A DNA stretch of 64,000 nucleotides, from positions 1 to 64,000 of the IMG/VR virus record IMGVR_UViG_3300004241_000001; one strand, given 5' to 3'. The stretch comes from a virus (Duplodnaviria > Caudoviricetes). Below the pieces are notes generated by a model. The model was not told the origin of the DNA. It did not search any database and saw only the letters and a list, made by a program, of their open reading frames with translations. How positions within the stretch are numbered: the stretch's first letter is position 1; each line of letters begins with the position of its first letter. Positions 57,823 through 64,000 of this stretch are shown one piece after another. A program made the translations under genes and the position numbers.

Positions 57823-58068
57823 ATGGATAAAGTATTTTCAAAATGTCCTATATGTAAAAAAGAAAGCACCCCTGAGTATCATACGAATCAAAGTAATTTT
57901 TGCCAGGTTAATTTCTCATTTGGCGGCAATATAAATATTCCTTATTATGGCGCTAACTTTAAAATATGCACTGACTGTGCTACCTTAGCGTCAACCGAGG
58001 ACAATGGCGTTATTGCTAAAGTAAAAGAAATGCTTGACCCAATAGTGGTCGCAGATAAGGCAATGTAG
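57823..58068 (+). CDS. Small zinc-finger protein
   Basis: CPIC...CTDC. Confidence 0.7.
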   Translation: MDKVFSKCPICKKESTPEYHTNQSNFCQVNFSFGGNINIPYYGANFKICTDCATLASTEDNGVIAKVKEMLDPIVVADKAM

Positions 58069-58075
58069 GTGAAGT

Positions 58076-58369
58076 ATGGAAGAAAAAAAAGATGTTAAAG
58101 TTATCGATACTTTTATTGAAAAAGTAAAAGAATCATGTCAAGATGCGTCAGGGTTTATTTGTATTGCCTTTAAGGATGTTACGCTTCAAGACGGGAAAAA
58201 AGGAATTGTATCAATAAACTCAGAACCTATTGCTGTTGGTGCAGTAAACATCTATTACGCATCTCAAAAATTAATGAATATCAGAAAACGCGCAGACGAA
58301 ATAAAAGCAAGACAAAATATTCTCTCGTCCTGTGCTTCTGAAAAAGAAGCAGAGGAATTATTGGCATAA
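58076..58369 (+). CDS. Hypothetical protein
   Basis: ORF with AGGTG SD. Confidence 0.7.
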   Translation: MEEKKDVKVIDTFIEKVKESCQDASGFICIAFKDVTLQDGKKGIVSINSEPIAVGAVNIYYASQKLMNIRKRADEIKARQNILSSCASEKEAEELLA

Positions 58370-58406
58370 CTCACAGTTACTCATTCATTGACTTACTCCT
58401 TAATTT

Positions 58407-58436
58407 ACCGCAGTGCTAAAAGCATTGCGGTTTTTT
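58407..58436 (+). terminator. Intrinsic terminator
   Basis: ACCGCAGTGCT-AAA-AGCATTGCGGT followed by TTTTT. Confidence 0.85.
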
Positions 58437-58438
58437 AT

Positions 58439-58467
58439 TTGACAAATATTAAATATTGAATTAAAAT
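58439..58467 (+). promoter_or_regulatory. sigma70-type promoter
   Basis: TTGACA-17-TAAAAT. Confidence 0.65.
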
Positions 58468-58494
58468 TTATATTAAGAAAGGGAAGGATAGGAT

Positions 58495-58887
58495 GTGGAA
58501 ACCTTGGAAACAACAGTAGCAACTGGCTTGCTGAATAAAGCAGCAGAGACTAATGGTTTTGGCTATGGACTTGTTGGAATAATTCTTATCGTTCTCTTAG
58601 GCTTTGGATGTGTAATTGCTATTAAATTTGTTAATGCTCACTTTGAACATATAAAAGAACTAAGAGAGAATAATGCCCAACAATCAGAGGTTACTCAAGA
58701 ATTTTCAAAACAAATTAGTAATCTTGCAGCGACGATTCAGGTTGTAACGCAAGCATTAAATGAAAATAAATCTTCTACCTCACAATCTTTGGCAGAGGTT
58801 AAAAACCAACTTACTTCTATATCAAATGTAACAATAGAGGTAAAATCTGCTATTGGCTTTTGCGTAGGAAGAAGAGATAGTAAATAA
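58495..58887 (+). CDS. TM + coiled-coil membrane protein
   Basis: One TM segment, then a heptad-rich region. Confidence 0.7.
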   Translation: METLETTVATGLLNKAAETNGFGYGLVGIILIVLLGFGCVIAIKFVNAHFEHIKELRENNAQQSEVTQEFSKQISNLAATIQVVTQALNENKSSTSQSLAEVKNQLTSISNVTIEVKSAIGFCVGRRDSK

Positions 58888-58900
58888 AAGAGGCGTAAAA

Positions 58901-59575
58901 ATGTTAGAGTTTTCAAATGAAATATTTTCTAAAAATACTTTATATTTATCCATAGCATCCCTATCCGCTATATGCTTTTTTATAATATGTGTTGTAATAT
59001 TTTATTTAATTAAAGATAGATTTAGTAGAGGATATAATAAATCCATAGATACAATTGAGAACATAAAAAAGATCAAAAGGCATATCGAGCAAATGTCTAA
59101 TATTACAGATATGATTCTTCATCATGCAATGGATTTTATCGAAGATGGAGATAGTGTTGTTTTATCTGTTGAGGACGTTAAAGAAAATTTCGACCATATG
59201 AAAACAATAATCGAAATTCAATTTAAACAAAGATTTGGTCATGATCGTCTTCCATTTAAATTCTTATGGTGCAGTAGTTCAGCTCAAGCAAATAAACTTA
59301 TTCCAGAGATAACAAAAAGAGGAGCATTTTTGAAAGCTGCAATATGTGATATGGATTTAGGAAGCACAGGTGGCGATATAAATGACGTTATAAAAGAACT
59401 TGCCTCTCGTAGCGTTCCAACAATAATCTACACCGGATATGAAAAGAATGAATTTGAAAAGAAGATATTGCCAGAACTTAAAGCAAAAGTAATTTATCAA
59501 TACAAAGGATATAACAAAGAGATGGCAGAAATTCTTGAGCATCTTGTTGAGGGCAAGCTAGAAATAGTAAAATAA
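58901..59575 (+). CDS. Membrane-anchored response-regulator receiver (REC) domain protein
   Basis: N-terminal TM; VLSVED, AICDMDL, PTIIYTGY and YQYKG REC signature residues. Confidence 0.75.
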   Translation: MLEFSNEIFSKNTLYLSIASLSAICFFIICVVIFYLIKDRFSRGYNKSIDTIENIKKIKRHIEQMSNITDMILHHAMDFIEDGDSVVLSVEDVKENFDHMKTIIEIQFKQRFGHDRLPFKFLWCSSSAQANKLIPEITKRGAFLKAAICDMDLGSTGGDINDVIKELASRSVPTIIYTGYEKNEFEKKILPELKAKVIYQYKGYNKEMAEILEHLVEGKLEIVK

Positions 59576-59581
59576 AAAGTA

Positions 59582-60088
59582 ATGGAGATGGTTCTTTTGG
59601 AGACAAAAACTTATATACCAGAATTCGTAGAATGTTTAGAATGCAATCGTAGTTTTGACTTGAAAAATTCATCATTATGGGGAAATGAAGATAGAGTTTG
59701 CAGATGTTGTCAGTGTAAGGTCGATAATAAAATACAAACTTGTAAAAGAGTATCTTGCAACTTTCATAGCAAGCTACAGGATGATTTTATTATTGACATT
59801 GATGAAAATGACGTTCGTGACATTAAACCTATCTCAAACCGTCAGGAAATGATTTTTAATCCAGAAATTTGTTGTTCTATATGCAGACAAGAAATACCAA
59901 AAGATTATCTTTATAACTTTTTAAATATCAAACATTCCTTTAATGGAATTACAAAAAGAATAAAAGTAAAAGTTTGCCAGGAATGCTTCGAAGAATTTGA
60001 AGAAATGCTAAACTTAAATAAGGTGGAAATCTATGATAGTTCAGAAGAAATGCTCGCATTGCCAGAGGAGGGAGAAAGAGCCGCTTGA
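59582..60088 (+). CDS. Cys-rich zinc-finger protein
   Basis: Multiple CxxC motifs. Confidence 0.7.
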   Translation: MEMVLLETKTYIPEFVECLECNRSFDLKNSSLWGNEDRVCRCCQCKVDNKIQTCKRVSCNFHSKLQDDFIIDIDENDVRDIKPISNRQEMIFNPEICCSICRQEIPKDYLYNFLNIKHSFNGITKRIKVKVCQECFEEFEEMLNLNKVEIYDSSEEMLALPEEGERAA

Positions 60089-60245
60089 GGATTCTTCATA
60101 TCACATGATAAATCTTGTCGCAATGAATGAAAAAGACGAGAGTTATACATGTAGATTTGAGCTGTGCAATCATTGTATGAGCAATTTTGTATTAATTTTT
60201 TCTGACTTTTCAAACGATGAATCGATATTTGACCTAATGAAATAA
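60033..60245 (+). CDS. Small CxxC protein
   Basis: CSHC...CNHC. Confidence 0.55.
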   Translation: MIVQKKCSHCQRREKEPLEDSSYHMINLVAMNEKDESYTCRFELCNHCMSNFVLIFSDFSNDESIFDLMK

Positions 60246-60248
60246 AAG

Positions 60249-60280
60249 AAAGACGGGTTTATAGCCCGTCTTTTTATTTT
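60249..60280. terminator. Terminator between convergent gene blocks (probably bidirectional)
   Basis: AAAGACGGG...CCCGTCTTT flanked by A and T tracts. Confidence 0.8.
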
Positions 60281-60362
60281 GCAATTATTTTTTCTTTGCA
60301 ACTTTCTTTACCGCTTTTTTGGCTTCTGCGGCCTTTACTGCTGGTTTTTTGCCCACTTAGAA

Positions 60363-60560
60363 TCACCTCCGAATTCGAACTTTACTTATATCTGCGTTAA
60401 AAATTACATTTACCATTTGGTTTACTTTATCGACTGTATCTTCAAAATCTTCTCCGATGAATTCTTTGTTATATAAGGTTAGATGTTTGTCATCGCATTT
60501 AAAGCATAAACTATTGTAGTTATAGTGAGGCATTCCACATAAAAGACATTCTTTAAACAT
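60363..60560 (-). CDS. Small CxxC protein
   Basis: GGAGG SD; CLLC...CFKC. Confidence 0.65.
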   Translation of the reverse strand: MFKECLLCGMPHYNYNSLCFKCDDKHLTLYNKEFIGEDFEDTVDKVNQMVNVIFNADISKVRIRR

Positions 60561-60589
60561 GAATTTCCTCCAAAGAATTAGGCTAAGAA

Positions 60590-60618
60590 ATCATATCATT
60601 ATTTAGATTATTTGTCAA
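60590..60618 (-). promoter_or_regulatory. sigma70-type promoter
   Basis: TTGACA-17-TATGAT. Confidence 0.6.
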
Positions 60619-60896
60619 ATATTTGAGATTTTTATATTGTTTCTATCTAATTCTATAAGTAGTATTCTTATAATATTTTCTACCGACAATGATTTTATTG
60701 AATCCCTTGCAAAGCTTAAAATTATTTCTTTTTTCGGTCGTTCGATACTATAGCTCATGCTATCAAATAATGTAGCCCCTCTATCATAAATTCTAAATTC
60801 TGCTATGTCTCCATTAGTGCATAAATATCTTCCGTCACATAGTTGTTTTAAAATACTATTAAATTCATAAATTGTTATTATCATTTGTTCATCCAT
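60615..60896 (-). CDS. Hypothetical protein
   Basis: ORF with AAGGAG SD. Confidence 0.7.
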   Translation of the reverse strand: MDEQMIITIYEFNSILKQLCDGRYLCTNGDIAEFRIYDRGATLFDSMSYSIERPKKEIILSFARDSIKSLSVENIIRILLIELDRNNIKISNI

Positions 60897-60907
60897 TTTT
60901 ATCTCCT

Positions 60908-61411
60908 TTAAAGATCCTTATTTATATCGCATACATAAACGTTATCTTTATATATTAAATCAGGGCAAAAAGAATTACTAGGTGGCATGTAATATTCTGG
61001 AATATCTTCAAGGTTTATTTCATAGGCTTCAAATGATTCTTTGCTAGAACAAATATTTACAATATATATCGTTTTAGTTGTTTTTAATATATCTAAATAT
61101 GATATTTTTTTATCAAAAAAGTCTTTTAATATTTTTTCATCGATTACCATTTCAATAAATTGATCTGTGTCATTTTTATCATCGCTATCTATTAGATACG
61201 ACAATAGAAGCTTATCGTCAGACGTATATCCATAATGAGATATCGGAAATTCTCCATAATGAACTATTCGTGATGGCGGCTTCATTTCTGAATACTTATT
61301 TTCTATTAACTTTTTGTCTTTTGTGTTTATCATACTATTCTCCTTAAAATATTTTATAGTTTTTCTTTTATGCTGCAAATAAAGAAATTTTCCTTTAATA
61401 ACTCTGGACAA
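60908..61411 (-). CDS. DUF6575-like protein (paralog of 61354..61845); true start probably internal
   Basis: HYGEFPI...ISYLDIL...IPEYYMP...SFCP. Confidence 0.65.
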   Translation of the reverse strand: MSRVIKGKFLYLQHKRKTIKYFKENSMINTKDKKLIENKYSEMKPPSRIVHYGEFPISHYGYTSDDKLLLSYLIDSDDKNDTDQFIEMVIDEKILKDFFDKKISYLDILKTTKTIYIVNICSSKESFEAYEINLEDIPEYYMPPSNSFCPDLIYKDNVYVCDINKDL

Positions 61412-61845
61412 AATGACTTTTCTGATGGTCTATAATTAATGGGGATATTATCAAATTCAATAATATATGATTTAAAATATGTTTTGTCAAATGAGCAATC
61501 AACAATAAATATACAGTTTGCATCTTCTAATATATCTAAATATGTTATTTCTTTACTAAAAAATTTTTTAATGGTTTTATTACTAATTACAACTTCTAAA
61601 AAACGATATATTTCCCTATCGTTATAACTATCAACTAAAGAACATAATAAAATATCATTATTATCATTGTAACCGAGAAAAAGTATCGGCTTTTCATCAT
61701 AATGTAATATTTTGAATAATGCTGTAACTTTTGAATATCTCTCCTTAACTGGATATTTATTTTCAAGTGTCTCTGGTTCTCGATTATTCGCTCTTCTTAA
61801 TACTTTAACAAAATCATCAAGGCATTTTTCTTCTATTCCATTCAT
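61354..61845 (-). CDS. DUF6575-like protein
   Basis: HYDEKPI...ITYLDIL...IPINYRP...SFCP. Confidence 0.65.
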   Translation of the reverse strand: MNGIEEKCLDDFVKVLRRANNREPETLENKYPVKERYSKVTALFKILHYDEKPILFLGYNDNNDILLCSLVDSYNDREIYRFLEVVISNKTIKKFFSKEITYLDILEDANCIFIVDCSFDKTYFKSYIIEFDNIPINYRPSEKSFCPELLKENFFICSIKEKL

Positions 61846-61859
61846 ATTATGCTCCTTTT

Positions 61860-62621
61860 TTAAAATAATTCTGGATTATCTTCTTTTAATATCAGATACA
61901 AGTAATAAACATTCAATACTGCATCTGCCTTATCGTTGTCGTGATATGTAAAATCAAATCCAAATGTTTTATTTACAAAGTTTATTACCAATATTTTCTT
62001 CGCAAAATCATATTCAGTTATTGATGGTTTAATTGTACGATATTTTGTAAAATCAATCTCAGGATATTTATTGCGATAGTTCCCCGGGTCGTTGACGTAC
62101 TGTTGATATGTCATTCCTTCAAGTAGATGTCTTTTTGCCGGAGTTCCATCTTTCTTTATCTTTACTGGCTTCTTCGATATCTCTATCTGTTTCTTTTCAA
62201 ATTGAGATTCAGAGAGTATTCTATCGATATTAAATCCAAATTTTGCACGAATTGATGAAGCACATTTATATTCTACAAGTGGAGATGACCGTCTTTCTAA
62301 TTTGTAACGAGAGATTGCTTGTTCCACAACTGCCTGTATCTTTACAAGAGGTTTTACAGCGTCAAGATTATTTTTATTTGCAAATATCTCTTCAATGATA
62401 AACGCATCAGGTTGATAGAATTCTATATTTGTTTCAACGAACTCTTGAATTTCATTTAAAAGCTGTCCTATCTCTTGTGGAGTCGTTTTGAAAGATGGTT
62501 TCATAAACGAAGTATTTAACTTAAATTGATCTTTTAAATAACTATCAGATTTTGATACATCTGAGTCTAATACCGCAATTGCACACCCTTTAGTTGATAG
62601 GTCTAATGACATTAATTTCAT
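61860..62621 (-). CDS. RuvC-like Holliday junction resolvase
   Basis: MSLDLSTKG, FIIEE and DNDKADAV catalytic pattern. Confidence 0.8.
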   Translation of the reverse strand: MKLMSLDLSTKGCAIAVLDSDVSKSDSYLKDQFKLNTSFMKPSFKTTPQEIGQLLNEIQEFVETNIEFYQPDAFIIEEIFANKNNLDAVKPLVKIQAVVEQAISRYKLERRSSPLVEYKCASSIRAKFGFNIDRILSESQFEKKQIEISKKPVKIKKDGTPAKRHLLEGMTYQQYVNDPGNYRNKYPEIDFTKYRTIKPSITEYDFAKKILVINFVNKTFGFDFTYHDNDKADAVLNVYYLYLILKEDNPELF

Positions 62622-62624
62622 ATT

Positions 62625-64000
62625 TTATTCCTTTCTCCCAAAATCTATTTCGATATTTTTCTTTAAAAACGATATTAACGAACTTCCGCGAGGTTTTCTA
62701 TTCGGAGGAAAATCTTTTATAGTTGAAATAATATCTTTTGAAAAATCTATTGTATCGTTATTATAAGTAAATTTTTCATTATACTCATAAGTTAATGAGT
62801 TTTCAATATGAATAAGAATTGACCAGTTGGTATCTGAAAAACATCTATTGAAATATGATTTACCAAGTTTTTCCATTACATCTTTTTTTGTAATATGCTT
62901 AATAGTTTTAATTCCATTTTGAATAAAGAAATAGCATTCTTCATTGGTTTCTCTCTTGAAGTTTGAAGAGTATTCTGGCAATGACAGATATGTTATTTGA
63001 GTATCATATTTAGAACCATCTATAGTTTTTGGAACAAATTTCTCAGGTATTTTCTTAAAGGACATTTTGTTAAAAAATTTAAGAAGGCAAAGAAGATTTA
63101 CTATTTTATGAACTTTCGTTTTGTCCATTCCGGTTTCTTTTGCGATATTTGACATTGCTTGAAATATACATGGGTTTCCATCAACAAACAAAATATCGTT
63201 ACTTGTTGAATGTTGCTTGAATTTATCAAGAATAAAATAGAACATTCTCATAGATTCTTTATTTAGCATCGCTCTAAAATGAGGAAGTTTTTCAAATCCT
63301 TTTATTGAATTTTTATTGTTTTTTATTCTTTCGCAAACAAGAATAGCAAATTTCTTACTTAATGAGATATTGAGTTTTTTACAAATAATATTTAAAAACT
63401 GATTTTCTTTCTTAACGCCCAAAGAGAGCATTAAGAAGTCTATAACTTTAATGTATTTACCACCCTCTGAACAATTTGAAGAAAAACAATAGAAGCCCCA
63501 TTCACCATTATCATTTTTCGATATAATTGCGCTTGCCGATGCGTCTTCGTGAAATGGGCAGCGGCATGAAAGCCTTACCCCTTTATTATGCTTTATTCCA
63601 AGTATTTCACGAAGATCATATTCTCTTAAAAAATTAAAGAATTCTGTGCCATCAAATAAGTTGCAATTTAATTCTTTGTTAAAATATATTTCAGGAATAG
63701 AAATGTTATCTAAGATATTTAACAACGATACTCTCTTCTTCACTATTGGGTTTATGATAACACGTTTATTACGAAATAGATTATTTTCATTAACGTTTTC
63801 AGAATAATTTGCAGTTTTTAATTCTTTAAGTAAGTAAATTTTATTATTTATAATTATTTCGGAAATTAAAAAAGGATTATTTACATCTTTTAAATGTAAA
63901 AATCCTGGAACTCTTAAAAGATTATTTATAGATTTAGCATTTTTATCGCAAACTATTTCAGCCGGTAAAACATTCTGTTCAAGATATGTATGAAACCCCT
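62625..64000 (-). CDS. RepB'-type (AEP) primase fused to CHC2 zinc finger and wHTH; 5' end outside the window
   Basis: The frame stays open upstream of the track start (63743) to the window edge: GFHTY...D...LLRVPGFLHLK..PF, then CPFHED...CFSSNC. Confidence 0.8.
   Translation of the reverse strand, partial: GFHTYLEQNVLPAEIVCDKNAKSINNLLRVPGFLHLKDVNNPFLISEIIINNKIYLLKELKTANYSENVNENNLFRNKRVIINPIVKKRVSLLNILDNISIPEIYFNKELNCNLFDGTEFFNFLREYDLREILGIKHNKGVRLSCRCPFHEDASASAIISKNDNGEWGFYCFSSNCSEGGKYIKVIDFLMLSLGVKKENQFLNIICKKLNISLSKKFAILVCERIKNNKNSIKGFEKLPHFRAMLNKESMRMFYFILDKFKQHSTSNDILFVDGNPCIFQAMSNIAKETGMDKTKVHKIVNLLCLLKFFNKMSFKKIPEKFVPKTIDGSKYDTQITYLSLPEYSSNFKRETNEECYFFIQNGIKTIKHITKKDVMEKLGKSYFNRCFSDTNWSILIHIENSLTYEYNEKFTYNNDTIDFSKDIISTIKDFPPNRKPRGSSLISFLKKNIEIDFGRKE

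Noticed and set aside
1-64000. Stop-codon reassignment
   Set aside because: Genes are long and intact in the standard code, TAG/TGA/TAA all end genes, and the tRNA is an ordinary Gln(UUG)

Overview
This is a 64 kb piece of a large, AT-rich tailed phage genome with a siphovirus-like gene order loosely reminiscent of SPbeta-type phages; no integrase, tail sheath or host genes are visible. (1) 1-9385, minus strand: about 25 small, tightly packed early-type genes, including two pentapeptide-repeat proteins. (2) 9438-~10380, minus strand: a ~0.95 kb GC-enriched, densely base-paired region with no credible ORF, ending in an intrinsic terminator. It is the best candidate for a novel element, a large structured ncRNA, and lies downstream of an orphan 180-aa gene with a perfect consensus promoter. 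(3) 11500-14200: a control, origin or packaging-like region with a long inverted repeat, G-tracts, a wHTH-type gene and helically phased GACCG-A-tract repeats. (4) 14240-60245, plus strand: HU-like protein, terminase, portal, protease, capsid, an inserted cassette of three glycosyltransferases plus a methyltransferase, neck and tail genes, a tail chaperone with a -1 frameshift, tape measure, three very large tail-tip/fibre proteins, a GH108 lysis cassette, tRNA-Gln and a membrane-anchored receiver-domain protein. (5) 60363-64000, minus strand: a RuvC-like resolvase and a RepB'-type primase/CHC2 zinc-finger/wHTH protein truncated by the window edge. All calls come from motif recognition by eye; no searches or folding programs were run.
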